Below, piece by piece: positions 9,179-19,369 of a stretch of 64,000 bases of DNA. The first letter of the stretch is position 1, and every line of letters starts with the position of its first letter. The notes under the pieces are model-generated. The model ran no database searches. It worked only from the letters and a program-made list of their open reading frames with translations, and was not told the origin of the DNA. The position numbers and the translations under genes are program-made. Origin of the DNA: Anaerovoracaceae bacterium (GTDB taxonomy: Bacteria > Bacillota > Clostridia > Peptostreptococcales > Anaerovoracaceae); assembly GCA_045540775.1 (NCBI GenBank), contig JAZQHU010000052.1, positions 10,531 to 74,530 of the forward strand, written 5' to 3'.

Positions 9179-12100
9179 CTAACCCTTTACATTCTCTTCG
9201 CCGAGCAGCTTCACGAGCCTTGCTCTCAGTTCGTCTGTGAAGTCGATCCGGCTCGACTGGCTGCACCTGACAGGCTTCTGGCCTGGCAGATATACAAGTA
9301 CATCCCGACTGCCCGGGAACAGGCTCATCATGTCAGTCAGGTGGTACAGCATCGCCTTCGCATCGCTGTGCCTTGCCATCACAGACTCAGTCACCCTCAG
9401 CTTGACAGGATCGTTGAGCGGCTGGGCAGCAGGTTTTCCTGCCCCGTTACCATTGCCGTTACCCTGCGGCGCGTTTCCATTCTGATAGCCGCCGCTGTAA
9501 CCGTTCTGCTGGCTGTTATAGTCATTTCCGTTATAGCCGCCATTGCTGTCGCCGCGGCCGTAACCGTTGTCGCGGTATCCGCCGCGCCTTGTATCCGCCA
9601 GCCTGCGGATGTCCTCGACCGGCACTATATCCTCGATCAGGATCTCGGCGTCGCTCTCGTCCTTGAAGCTGACACGGCCCGACATGCCGACTATCTGATC
9701 GTTCCTTATGATATTCCTCTTCCTCTCGTAGACCTTAGGGAAAGCGATCGCATCGATCACTCCGTCAAAGTCCTCGAGCGTGAGCCTTGCCATCTCCTGC
9801 GACTTGCGCGTGATCATCGTCCTCACGCCGCTCAGCATTCCGGCAAGTATGACAAAATCGCCGTCCCTGAACTTCGATGTGTTGATGACCATGCTGTCGC
9901 CGTCATCGCGTCCGGACGTGAATTCCTCACCGCCTGCAGTCAGGTCGAGAGTGCTCGCCGTCGTGTTGTCGGCTATGAGCTGCCTGTATTCATCGAGCGG
10001 GTGGCCCGACAGGTACACGCCGAGCATCTCCTTCTCCATGGCGAGCTTGGTGTCGCCCGGGAAGTCCGTTACTCTAGGCAGCGGCGGGCTCGCGAGCACG
10101 TCGTCCTCGAACCCGTCCAGCTGGAAGATGCTCATCTGCGCTCTTCCGCCTGTTTTCGCCTTTTTCTGTGCCCTGTTGACAGCGTCATCGCAGACCGCCA
10201 TCAGCACCGCCCTGTTCTTCTCTATATCGTCAAAAGCGCCCGCCTGGATGAGAGACTCTATCGCTTTGCGGTTGAGCTCGCCCGCATCCACGGCGCTTAT
10301 GAATTCGTAGAAATCATGCGTCTCAGGCACCTCATCCCTCGCGCGGATTATTGCATCGATGATGCCCGTTCCGACGTTCTTGACACTCAGAAGGCCGAAT
10401 CTTATCTTCCCGTCAGCTGCAGTAAAGTTCCTGCCGCTCTTCATGACCGACGGAGGCAGCAGCTCGATGCCCATCTCCCTGCAGTTCCTGACGTAGTCAG
10501 CCGTGTGCTTGGCGTCTCCGGCCATGCTGCTCATCAGAGCCGCCATGAACTCGGTAGGATAGTGGCACTTGAGATAAGCCGTCTCGTATGAGAGTACAGC
10601 ATAAGCAGCCGCGTGCGACTTGTTGAAGGCGTATGATGCAAAACTCACCATGTCTTCGAAGATAGTCTCCGCAGCCTGAGCAGGTACACCGTTCGCAACG
10701 CATCCCGCAATTGCAGCGCCGCTCTCGTCAGCCTTCTTGCCGTTGATGAAGTACTCCTTCTCCTCGAGCATGACACCCATCTTCTTTTTGCTCATCGCGC
10801 GGCGCACAAGATCCGAGCGCCCGAAAGAGTATCCGCCGAGGTCTCTTACTATCTGCATTACCTGCTCCTGGTAGATAAGGCAGCCATAAGTGACGTCGAG
10901 GATCGGCTTGAGATGAGGGTCAACGTATTTTATATTGTCCGGATGCTTCTTGTTCTCGATGTACTTCGGGATCGAATCCATCGGGCCCGGACGGTACAGA
11001 GCGATTCCCGCGACAATATCCTCGAAGCAGGTCGGCCTGAGGTTCTTCATGAAGTCCGTCATGCCGCCGCTCTCGAGCTGGAATACGCCCTTGGTGTTGC
11101 CGTCTGCTATCAGCTTATATACTTCAGGGTCGTCATAACCCATCTTCGCCCAGTCGATAGTGACACCGTGGTTCTCCTCGATCATGCGAAGAGCGTCCCT
11201 GATGACCGTAAGGTTGCGGAGTCCCAGGAAGTCCATCTTAAGAAGTCCGAGCTCCTCGATTGTCGTCATGTTGAACTGTGTCGAGATGCCCTTGTCCGAA
11301 GAGTAAAGCGGCACATATTCATCCAGCGGCAGCTTGGAGATGACTACGCCGGCAGCGTGCGTCGAAGCGTGGCGCGGCAGTCCTTCAAGAGCCATCGACA
11401 GGTCGAGCACCTGTTTCACAAGCGGCTCGTTCTCATATCTTCTTCTCAGCTCCGGATTAACCTCAAGCGCCTTTGCAATAGTGATGCCGAGCTCATTCGG
11501 GATGGCTTTGGCTATCTCATCACCCTCAGCGTATGATGCATCGAGAGCCCTCGCGACATCGCGGACAGCCGCTTTGGCCTTGAGAGTACCGAAAGTGATG
11601 ATCTGCGACACCTTGTCCCTGCCGTACTTTCTGTTGACGTACTCGATGACCTCCTGCCTTCTCTCGATGCAGAAGTCGACGTCTATATCCGGCATGCTGA
11701 CTCTCTCAGGATTGAGGAACCTCTCGAAAATCAGGTTGTATTTGATCGGGTCAATCTCCGTGATATCCAGGCTGTACGCAACTATGCTGCCCGCAGCCGA
11801 GCCTCTGCCCGGTCCGACGGCTATCTTGTGCGACTTGGCATAGTGGATGAAGTCCCACACGATGAGGAAGTACTCGACATACCCCATGTTCTCGATGACA
11901 GAAAGCTCCATCTCGAGGCGCTTACGGTATCCCGAATCAGGGTCCATGGCTGACTTGCCGTATCTGCCAACAAGCCCCTCATAGCAAAGCTTCCTGAGGT
12001 ACTCATCGCAGGTCATGCCTTCAGGCGGCACGTACTCCGGCAGATGGTACTGGCCAAAAGTGAATTCGACGTTGCACCTCTCCGCTATCTCGTGCGTCCT

Positions 12101-12883
12101 CTCGACAGCATCCGGGATGTCCGCGAAGAGAGCCTTCATCTCGTCCTCGGACTTGATGTAGAATTCGTCGTTCTCGAACCTGATGCGGTTCTCGTCATTT
12201 ATATTGGTCTGAGTCTGGATGCACATCAGGATGTCCTGGGCCGTTGCATCCTCGCGCCTTATGTAGTGTGCGTCGTTGGTCGCAACAAGAGGCACGCCTA
12301 TATCCGCCGAAAGCCTCTTGAGTCCGGCGATAACAGTCTTATCCTCTTCGAGGTGGTGATCCTGGATCTCAAGGAAGAAATTGTTCTCGCCGAATATGTC
12401 GAGGAGCTCAAGTGCCTCGCGTTTTGCACCTTCATAATCCCTGTTCAGGAGCATCCTCTGAGTGTTGCCGGCCAGGCAGCCCGACAGGCAGATGAGGCCT
12501 TCGCTGTACTGCCTCAGGAGGTTCTTGTCGACCCTAGGTCTGAAGTAGAAACCGTCAACATAGCTCTTCGAGACGATCTTGACCAGGTTGCTGTAACCCT
12601 GCTGATTCTCGGCAAGCAGGATCAGGTGGCCCGAGTTGCGGTCCTTGCCTGCCTCCTTGTCGTACATGGTCCTCGCCGCCGTGTACACCTCGCAGCCGAT
12701 GATCGGCTTGATGCCCGCCTTTTTGCAGGATTTATAGAAATCGACCACGCCGAACATGGCGCCATGATCAGTAATGGCGCACGAATCCATCCCCAACTCC
12801 TTCACGTATTCAGGCAGCTGGGATATCCTGCTCATGCCGTCGAGCAGGCTGTATTCAGTATGGACGTGTAAATGCGTAAACAT
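9179..12883 (-). CDS. dnaE: DNA polymerase III alpha subunit
   Basis: 1234 aa. PHP domain start MFTHLHVHTEYSLLDG, with polymerase core and OB-fold regions recognisable. Carries an unusual G/N/Y-rich insertion near the C-terminus (see findings). Confidence 0.95.
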   Translation of the reverse strand: MFTHLHVHTEYSLLDGMSRISQLPEYVKELGMDSCAITDHGAMFGVVDFYKSCKKAGIKPIIGCEVYTAARTMYDKEAGKDRNSGHLILLAENQQGYSNLVKIVSKSYVDGFYFRPRVDKNLLRQYSEGLICLSGCLAGNTQRMLLNRDYEGAKREALELLDIFGENNFFLEIQDHHLEEDKTVIAGLKRLSADIGVPLVATNDAHYIRREDATAQDILMCIQTQTNINDENRIRFENDEFYIKSEDEMKALFADIPDAVERTHEIAERCNVEFTFGQYHLPEYVPPEGMTCDEYLRKLCYEGLVGRYGKSAMDPDSGYRKRLEMELSVIENMGYVEYFLIVWDFIHYAKSHKIAVGPGRGSAAGSIVAYSLDITEIDPIKYNLIFERFLNPERVSMPDIDVDFCIERRQEVIEYVNRKYGRDKVSQIITFGTLKAKAAVRDVARALDASYAEGDEIAKAIPNELGITIAKALEVNPELRRRYENEPLVKQVLDLSMALEGLPRHASTHAAGVVISKLPLDEYVPLYSSDKGISTQFNMTTIEELGLLKMDFLGLRNLTVIRDALRMIEENHGVTIDWAKMGYDDPEVYKLIADGNTKGVFQLESGGMTDFMKNLRPTCFEDIVAGIALYRPGPMDSIPKYIENKKHPDNIKYVDPHLKPILDVTYGCLIYQEQVMQIVRDLGGYSFGRSDLVRRAMSKKKMGVMLEEKEYFINGKKADESGAAIAGCVANGVPAQAAETIFEDMVSFASYAFNKSHAAAYAVLSYETAYLKCHYPTEFMAALMSSMAGDAKHTADYVRNCREMGIELLPPSVMKSGRNFTAADGKIRFGLLSVKNVGTGIIDAIIRARDEVPETHDFYEFISAVDAGELNRKAIESLIQAGAFDDIEKNRAVLMAVCDDAVNRAQKKAKTGGRAQMSIFQLDGFEDDVLASPPLPRVTDFPGDTKLAMEKEMLGVYLSGHPLDEYRQLIADNTTASTLDLTAGGEEFTSGRDDGDSMVINTSKFRDGDFVILAGMLSGVRTMITRKSQEMARLTLEDFDGVIDAIAFPKVYERKRNIIRNDQIVGMSGRVSFKDESDAEILIEDIVPVEDIRRLADTRRGGYRDNGYGRGDSNGGYNGNDYNSQQNGYSGGYQNGNAPQGNGNGNGAGKPAAQPLNDPVKLRVTESVMARHSDAKAMLYHLTDMMSLFPGSRDVLVYLPGQKPVRCSQSSRIDFTDELRARLVKLLGEENVKG

Positions 12884-12917
12884 AGTAAAATTATACCACC
12901 GCTATATCGCAATAGAA

Positions 12918-12965
12918 ATAAAAAAGAAGAGGTTCCGCCTTCCCTTTTCCGGAAGTCGGAACCTC
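12918..12965 (-). terminator. Rho-independent terminator after prdE
   Basis: Minus strand GAGGTTCCG-N19-CGGAACCTC followed by TTCTTTTTTATTT. Confidence 0.7.
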
Positions 12966-12983
12966 GTTTTCACTCGTATTGGA

Positions 12984-13469
12984 TTAATACCACTTCTGTC
13001 CGCGCTCTTTCTTGAGCATTGCGATCTTCAGTCTCTTGACGCATTCTCTTACATCTTCTTCGGTGTAGTTGTTCTCACCTACTATGTTTGACTCGATGCC
13101 CTCAGGGTTCTTGTTGAAGTCGACTACGTTGGCGAGGAACGGGCTCTCTACTACGAAAGTGCCTGCTGTTCCGCTCCAGTTGAGACCTGCAACAGGGATG
13201 CCTCTCTCGCCGATCTCGTTGACGCAGTTGACATAGTCAACGTCCAGGTTGCCCCAGCCGTCTGTCTCTACGATAACGCCGTCAGGACGTGCGCACTCAG
13301 CAACTACTGCAGCAGTACGCGAGCATCTGATCTTCTCTTCGTTGCCCTCAGGAGAACCGAAAACGAGAACTCCCATCAGGTCGATTCCTTCGTCTTCTCC
13401 AAGTACCTCGATAAGAGGATCTCTGAAGTGATGAAGGCTTGTTTCCTTAGTCGAAGGACCTACTCCCAT
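12984..13469 (-). CDS. prdE: D-proline reductase accessory subunit PrdE (paralog of the PrdA C-terminus)
   Basis: 161 aa. DLMGVLVFGSPEGNEEKI...ETDGWGNLDVDYVNCVNEIGERGIPVAGL parallels PrdA DLVGVIFVGSPQANTDKF...TTEGFGNNHVDFTSHIEQIGKRGVPVVGF. Confidence 0.8.
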   Translation of the reverse strand: MGVGPSTKETSLHHFRDPLIEVLGEDEGIDLMGVLVFGSPEGNEEKIRCSRTAAVVAECARPDGVIVETDGWGNLDVDYVNCVNEIGERGIPVAGLNWSGTAGTFVVESPFLANVVDFNKNPEGIESNIVGENNYTEEDVRECVKRLKIAMLKKERGQKWY

Positions 13470-13481
13470 TTTTCTACCTCC

Positions 13482-14252
13482 TTAGTTCATCGCCTTGATA
13501 GCACCGTCTCTGAACTCGTTAGGAGTCAGCATGACAGGCATAGCGCCGTAATCGATAAGTGACTTTCCGCCTTCTACGCCGGATGGCTGGTTCGGGAAGA
13601 TCCATGTGTCGAGCATCGCACCATGAGCGATCATCTCCTTGATAACGAGGACCTTCTTCTGTCCCGGTCTGATCCTGTCGTAGTATTCGTGTCTCTCAGT
13701 GCACTTGGTGCCCTCGAACTTCTTGAGCTGTGCCCTGAAAGTATTCATCCACTCCTCGACCATTCTGTATGCGTCGATGATAGCATATCTCTCCTGGCCC
13801 ATTCCCTTCTTGAAGGTGATGTTGAAGGAGATGATGAAATCATCGTCAGCAGGTGTGCCGGCTCTGTTCAGGTGCAGCATCTCGCTGAGATTGCCGTCTG
13901 AAGAACCGAACTCGTGAGCCTGCTCTCCATCTACGTCCACGCCGGTAGGCATTACATATACGCCTGTGATGGTGTGGGTTATACCCTCTCCGCACTTTCC
14001 GAGAACCTTTACGGAAATAGGGATTATATCCATGATTGTGTTGGTGTGTCTGTCGTGGTCGCCCGGCTTGATGATCTCAACATCAATGTGGTCGATCACT
14101 TCACTGTACTTTTCGGCCAAAGCAGGAAGACAATCGTTGTTGATCGTCATCTTTCCGCCGGTCGTGATCTTGTTCTCGTCGCCCATCTCGACTTCTGTCA
14201 TGTGGAACGCCTTGATAACAAGTCTTCTCAGTTCAATATCATTTGCAGCCAT
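13482..14252 (-). CDS. prdD: D-proline reductase accessory subunit PrdD (paralog of the PrdA middle region)
   Basis: 256 aa. EFGSSDGNLSEM...KKVLVIKEMIAHGAMLDTWIFPNQPSGVEGG parallels PrdA EFGSSEGYIDEN...KKIVIVKEIMGQGAMHDNFLFPTEPVGVLGA. Confidence 0.8.
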   Translation of the reverse strand: MAANDIELRRLVIKAFHMTEVEMGDENKITTGGKMTINNDCLPALAEKYSEVIDHIDVEIIKPGDHDRHTNTIMDIIPISVKVLGKCGEGITHTITGVYVMPTGVDVDGEQAHEFGSSDGNLSEMLHLNRAGTPADDDFIISFNITFKKGMGQERYAIIDAYRMVEEWMNTFRAQLKKFEGTKCTERHEYYDRIRPGQKKVLVIKEMIAHGAMLDTWIFPNQPSGVEGGKSLIDYGAMPVMLTPNEFRDGAIKAMN

Positions 14253-14377
14253 TGCTATTCTGACCTCTCCTTTTTAATGAGTTTCAATGATACTTAAGTT
14301 GTATTTTCCGCATATATCATATTTCAAAATGCGGACGTTTTCAATTGAGAAAGACATTTACAATGATCTTTCTCCTG

Positions 14378-14405
14378 GAAAAAATGGGGCTGATTGCTCA
14401 GCCCC
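14378..14405 (-). terminator. Rho-independent terminator after prdB
   Basis: Minus strand GGGGCTGAGCAATCAGCCCC followed by ATTTTTTCC. Confidence 0.75.
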
Positions 14406-14459
14406 ATCTTCGATATCGTTAAATACCGATGTCCTTTTCAGTTGTGCTAGTTCAAGCGA

Positions 14460-15185
14460 CTAGATAACTGCGTGATACTCGAAAGGCAGGGAAACGATCT
14501 TTCCCGGAGTCTCGATCTCTTCGAGGAGCTCGAGGGAAGCCTTTACGATAGCAGTCTGCATCTCAACATCGTGAGGTGCTCCAGCGTTAGCTCCCATAGG
14601 TACCATAGGAGCAGCAGCTCTCGGTGTACCAGCCTGTCTTACAACTGGTGGAAGTGCTGCGATAATAACTGTAGGGATACCTGCAGCCTCGATTGCTCTC
14701 TGCACGGTTGTTGCAGAGCGGTGGCAGGTTCCTCATCCAGCAGTGAGGAGACAAGCATCTACGCCCTCCTCTTTGAGCATCTGAGCTACCTGTGGACCTG
14801 TCTCATTGGTGAACTTCTCAATGTTTCCGCCGCCGCCCATGAATCCAGCATGGTATGGTGCGCAAGCCTTGATGAATCCCTCTGCTGCGAGTTCCTTAAG
14901 TCTTGTGATAGGGAACATGCAGTTGATGTCCTTGTTAACGTCGGAGTTGTCGTAACCACCGTGTGTTACCATCAACTCTTCCTCTGTGGACTCGTTAGGG
15001 ATCTTTCTCCATGTGAAGTCTCCAGCCAGGTTGAATCTCTCCTGATCTACTCTGTGAACACCAGCAGCTGTTGCAAGAGCAACTGTCATCTCACTGAGTG
15101 GCTTTGTTACAGGAGCCCAAACTGACTTCGGAGTGATAGGTACGAATATCTCAGACTGTAATCCTTTTACAACTGTCATACTCAT
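14460..15185 (-). CDS. prdB: D-proline reductase selenoprotein PrdB (in-frame TGA = Sec at 14733..14735)
   Basis: The ORF-track fragments 14733..15185 and 14460..14705 are in the same frame. Read-through gives ...ACLLTAG-U-GTCHRSATTVQRAIEAAG..., the expected PrdB Sec context, for 241 aa in total. Confidence 0.9.
14698..14718 (-). promoter_or_regulatory. Candidate SECIS hairpin for the PrdB UGA
   Basis: CUCUGCA-ACAACCG-UGCAGAG stem-loop begins 14 nt 3' of the UGA codon. Confidence 0.55.
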
Positions 15186-15191
15186 TTCTAG

Positions 15192-15470
15192 TTAAACCTC
15201 CTGTTTGGTTCTGTTATGCATTTCGTCCTGGAGTTTATTGGCATGATCGATAGTTTCAAGATATCTCTCGTTGACTTCGGCGCTCTCCTGTTCAATGAAG
15301 CTCATATTCCAGGCGACCTCCTGACCTATCTCTAAGTCATAATCCGAAATGATCATCCTCTTAGGTATCCTGAGATGTCCCAGTCTTCCCTTGAAGTCGA
15401 TGGCTACGCTTCCGTCATGGACTTCCACGATAACGCCTTCCATTCTGATTATCTTGTCACCGTATTTCAT
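15192..15470 (-). CDS. Small conserved prd-operon protein between prdA and prdB
   Basis: 92 aa, tightly packed between prdA and prdB, as in other prd operons. No motif assigned. Confidence 0.55.
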   Translation of the reverse strand: MKYGDKIIRMEGVIVEVHDGSVAIDFKGRLGHLRIPKRMIISDYDLEIGQEVAWNMSFIEQESAEVNERYLETIDHANKLQDEMHNRTKQEV

Positions 15471-15496
15471 ATCTCGAATCTACCTCTTTCCAATAA

Positions 15497-17374
15497 TTAG
15501 TCGTATTTAGCCTTTCTCTTCTCGCTCATTGGCAGTGACTGCTCGTTGTCTACGAGTTCCATCTTTGTGCCGTAAGCCTTCTCGATCAGCTCTACGTTGC
15601 TCTCCTTAACTGCGTGTGTGTACTTTCTTTCAGGTGCCTTGATGCTCTCACCAGCCATCTTAGCCTTCAGCATAGCCAGACCTCTGATAGCGTCTTCGTG
15701 GCAGAGAGTGTTGCATGCAAGTACTTCGTTCTCGATACCGGACATGGACTTGTTGTTGTCTACCATAGCATCGCAGTACTTGTTACCTGTTACGAGAGCA
15801 CCCTGTACAGCGCAGAATGAGAATCCTACAACCGGAACGCCTCTCTTACCAATCTGCTCGATGTGGGAAGTGAAGTCTACGTGGTTGTTACCAAATCCTT
15901 CTGTTGTTACGAATGCACCGTCTACGTTCATGGACTCTACCATCTGGCCAAGTCTTCTGGATACGTAGAACTTGTCTGTGTTAGCCTGAGGTGAACCAAC
16001 GAAGATTACGCCTACCAGGTCAACGTCGTCATCGTGAATTGCTTCGTAAACCAGTGGCTCTCTCCAGTAATGTCTGGACATTTCCTTGGAAGCCGGTCCG
16101 ATGCATGTAAGAGCGTGGATGCAGCCGTCCATTACCTCGAGTGGGTTAGCAGCTACAGGAACGTTACCAAGGTCTACGTTAGGCTTAGCTCCGAGTACTC
16201 CAACTGGCTCTGTAGGGAACAGGAAGTTATCGTGCATAGCGCCCTGACCCATGATTTCCTTAACGATAACGATTTTCTTCTTACCAGGTCTTCTTACCTG
16301 CTTCATAACCTGAGTGTCAACAACCTGCTCATCTGTCAGCTGCTTCTTCATAGCATTTCTGATTTCCTGAGTTACGTGGTCAACTGCAGTATGAATAGCG
16401 ATAGGGCCCGGTCTCTCCATGTTCTTCTTGTTGTCGATAACAGCATGAGCTCTGATGATGATCTCGCCCTTGTCTACTGCGCCCGGACGGTTCCACATCA
16501 TGTTCTCATCGATGTATCCCTCGGAAGAACCGAACTCACCAACCTGTACTCCCTCTTCGGTAATACCGGTAACCATCATTACTACTCCGTCGAGAACTCT
16601 TGTAACGCCCTCACCCAGTTCATAATCGTCTTCCTTAGTAGCGATCGGCTGGATATCCATTACTGTCTCTGTATAAGTGTGATAGTTGTCAGGTGTGATT
16701 ACGTCGAGTTCGAGGCTGTGTACCAGCTTCTGAGCGTCAGCACCTTCCTGTGCTGCTGCCTTACGGACGTACAGTGTTGTTCCTTCGATCTTGGTCTCGT
16801 CACCAAGAACTACCTTATCGATCTTGTAGTGCTTACGTGTCATCTCTCTGACTACTACAGCTTCGCCTTCCTCTTCAGCTGCCGGAGCTGCTGCGCCTGC
16901 TGCTGCAGGTGCTGCTGCTACTGCTGCTGCAGGAGCTGCTGCTACACCGCCGCCGATTCCTGCAGGAATCTGGATGTCGATGTTCTTACCTTCGCCGATG
17001 TGAAGGCTGATGTAGCCGCCTGCTACTGGTGCTGCTGCTACTGCTGCTGCAGGAGCTGCTGCTGCCTCTGCAGGAGCTGCTTCCTCAGCTGCTGGAGCTG
17101 CTTCTTCAGCGCCCTCAGCTGCATCAAACTTATCAACGATGTCTGCTGTGATAGGTGTGAGAGAATCAACTGTCTTAGTAAGCTTTGAGCCGTTGAGCAC
17201 CTGGCCAATGGTCAGAGCTCCGTCAAGGTTCAGCAGTCCGGAATCTACGAGATCCGGGAAGATTGCTGGATCCTCGAAGTTTGCAGGTGTCAGTTCTGTG
17301 CCTGCCTCTGCTCTGCAGCAAAGTACTGCTGGATCGTTTGCATGTTGCTTAGCTGTTTCAGCTGTGATTGACAT
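15497..17374 (-). CDS. prdA: D-proline reductase proprotein PrdA
   Basis: Start moved to MSITAETAKQH (AAGGAGG upstream). Paralogy to PrdD and PrdE, and operon context with prdB(Sec), prdC and prdF. Contains Ala/Pro-rich linkers. Confidence 0.9.
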   Translation of the reverse strand: MSITAETAKQHANDPAVLCCRAEAGTELTPANFEDPAIFPDLVDSGLLNLDGALTIGQVLNGSKLTKTVDSLTPITADIVDKFDAAEGAEEAAPAAEEAAPAEAAAAPAAAVAAAPVAGGYISLHIGEGKNIDIQIPAGIGGGVAAAPAAAVAAAPAAAGAAAPAAEEEGEAVVVREMTRKHYKIDKVVLGDETKIEGTTLYVRKAAAQEGADAQKLVHSLELDVITPDNYHTYTETVMDIQPIATKEDDYELGEGVTRVLDGVVMMVTGITEEGVQVGEFGSSEGYIDENMMWNRPGAVDKGEIIIRAHAVIDNKKNMERPGPIAIHTAVDHVTQEIRNAMKKQLTDEQVVDTQVMKQVRRPGKKKIVIVKEIMGQGAMHDNFLFPTEPVGVLGAKPNVDLGNVPVAANPLEVMDGCIHALTCIGPASKEMSRHYWREPLVYEAIHDDDVDLVGVIFVGSPQANTDKFYVSRRLGQMVESMNVDGAFVTTEGFGNNHVDFTSHIEQIGKRGVPVVGFSFCAVQGALVTGNKYCDAMVDNNKSMSGIENEVLACNTLCHEDAIRGLAMLKAKMAGESIKAPERKYTHAVKESNVELIEKAYGTKMELVDNEQSLPMSEKRKAKYD

Positions 17375-17548
17375 ATCGATCTTCCTCCTTAAAACTTGTG
17401 CCTGGCTGCGCAATGTGCACAGTCAGTGGTTGTATATGTTCCCCTTCTCCGGGTGATTTGGGGCTCACCCGGAGAGAGGCTTATACCATTAATAAATTAT
17501 TCTATTGTATATACAGATGATTCGTTAGAAAGCGACATCAGGCAGCAA

Positions 17549-18928
17549 TTATTCTACTGTCTCGTTGTCCTCTACGTTGTCTACTACGTCGAGGTCCTGA
17601 TCTACCTTCTTGGAAACCTTCAGTGTTCTGTACAGTGGGTGTCCTACTGCCATCATTGCAAGGTCTGTCATGTGCATTACCTTGAGTCCCATCTTAGGAC
17701 CGGAAGCCATAACTGTGTTGGAGCAGTCAGAGCAGTTTCCGATGATGATGTACTCGCAGCCTGCCTTCTTGAACTCGAGGTTGTTCTTGACCTGTCCAGG
17801 GCAGTTGCCAGGACGCTCGCACTTACGTGTTCCGTTAGGCATTTCCTGAGCCTGCTTGCAGTAGCATACGTGTGCAACTGTACCATTGTACTTGGCAACG
17901 AGGTCTTCCATTCTCTCGAGGTTACCGCCGCATGCGCATACGAGGATACCGGTCTTGGCTCCGTGAAGATCTCTGAACGGACGTGTTACGAGGATAGCAC
18001 CTGTAGCCTTGGTGATAGGAGCATCAAGTGTAGTAGCCTTACCTGTGAAGGAACCGCCCATGATGATCTCGCCGTAGCCTCTTTCGTCGAATCCGCCTGC
18101 TCTGTCGATCAGAGCCTGTACGCTTGTACCTACAGGAACGTTCTCGAATACGTGAGCTTCGCTTCCGCCCTTGATCATTCCTCTTACTGTGAGGTTCTTG
18201 TCGATCAGCGGCTTCTGATCTTCGATCGCTGCTACGCAGCTGTAAACGGTCTCACTGTTGATAACAACAGCGTTAGCTGCTGATGGGAGCTTGTCCGGCT
18301 CGAGCTCGATGCCGAGGCACTCTCTTACTACAGCACGCTCTTCGCCCATCGGATAGATGTCCGGGAGAAGATGTCTCTCAATTGCAGGATCGTCCTTCAG
18401 AAGAGCGTCCAGCTTGAGGATTGTCTCTCTGTGTTTCTTCTTGATAGCGATGATTCCCTTGTCAGCTCCTGCGATCTCCATTACATAGTGGATACCTCTG
18501 AGAAGTCTTGCAGGATCCTCATCGATCTGCTGGATGTTGTGAGCAAGACCAGGCTCGCACTCGGAAGCATTTACGAGAATGTATCCGTGGTCGAGAACCG
18601 GCTTGTCATTCTTGCCGTCATAGATCTTGATGAATGTAGGGAATCCTGCACCGCCCTGTCCGAGAACGCCGGCTTCCTTGATCATCTCAAGGTTGGAGCC
18701 CTTAGCGATCTTAACGTAATCTTCAGGCTGTTCATCGTCCGGCTTGATGATGATCCTGTCGTCAGTGATCTCAATGACCTCACCGGAAACGCTGGAGTGA
18801 ACATTAACACCAAGACCTGTAGGAGTAGCGATGAGCTGACCTCTCTGTACCTTGTCGCCTACAGCAACAACAGGAGCACACGGCTTGCCTACAGCACCCT
18901 GCTTAAGCAGCATCTGAATGTTTTCCAT
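17549..18928 (-). CDS. prdC: RnfC-like electron-transfer subunit PrdC
   Basis: Start moved to MENIQMLLKQG (AAAGGAG upstream). Motif GQGGAGFPTFIK and RnfC-like architecture with C-terminal Cys clusters. Confidence 0.85.
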   Translation of the reverse strand: MENIQMLLKQGAVGKPCAPVVAVGDKVQRGQLIATPTGLGVNVHSSVSGEVIEITDDRIIIKPDDEQPEDYVKIAKGSNLEMIKEAGVLGQGGAGFPTFIKIYDGKNDKPVLDHGYILVNASECEPGLAHNIQQIDEDPARLLRGIHYVMEIAGADKGIIAIKKKHRETILKLDALLKDDPAIERHLLPDIYPMGEERAVVRECLGIELEPDKLPSAANAVVINSETVYSCVAAIEDQKPLIDKNLTVRGMIKGGSEAHVFENVPVGTSVQALIDRAGGFDERGYGEIIMGGSFTGKATTLDAPITKATGAILVTRPFRDLHGAKTGILVCACGGNLERMEDLVAKYNGTVAHVCYCKQAQEMPNGTRKCERPGNCPGQVKNNLEFKKAGCEYIIIGNCSDCSNTVMASGPKMGLKVMHMTDLAMMAVGHPLYRTLKVSKKVDQDLDVVDNVEDNETVE

Positions 18929-19369
18929 AATACGAATCTCCTTTGAACTACTTTGAAATAATGAACTGCATTTTTCATTAATTACCGACTTGAATTCGGC
19001 ACGCAAAAAATGCCCCTTTATTCATTCAAATAATAACATTATGAGCTATTTATTACAACAATGATATTGCGAATTCGTATAGATAAAATTGATAGGCAGA
19101 GGCATTATATCACAGTCCTCTTTCTATGCAAAATCCGTTGATTTTTAAGCGTTTGACATTAAATTTACATTAACGTCCGCATACATACCTTAAGTTTTGC
19201 TTAAAGCGAAATTAAGCATTTTTCATGCACCGAAAAAGCACAATTTATTCCCGTTTTGCCCGCTGACATATTATTGACACTCTTTCAGACGATGCGTTAT
19301 CATAACTGTATCTGGGAGGCAAAACTACTGCCTCTTATACAGCTATGTGTTTTAAGGAGGTAATTACCC

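Noticed and set aside
16034-17188. 384-aa Cys-rich + strand ORF, and other long antisense ORFs inside prdA, dnaE (9152..10591, 12044..12871), the ABC genes and the RT (35806..36753)
   Set aside because: These are shadow frames opposite strongly supported genes. The Cys-rich runs are simply the complement of GCA/GCT alanine codon repeats.
18990-19015. Sigma-54 (-24/-12) promoter for the prd operon
   Set aside because: The minus strand reads GGGGCATTTTTTGC. The GG-N10-GC spacing only works with a poor -24 box, and the better GGCAT alignment has 8-nt spacing. No prdR is present in the window.
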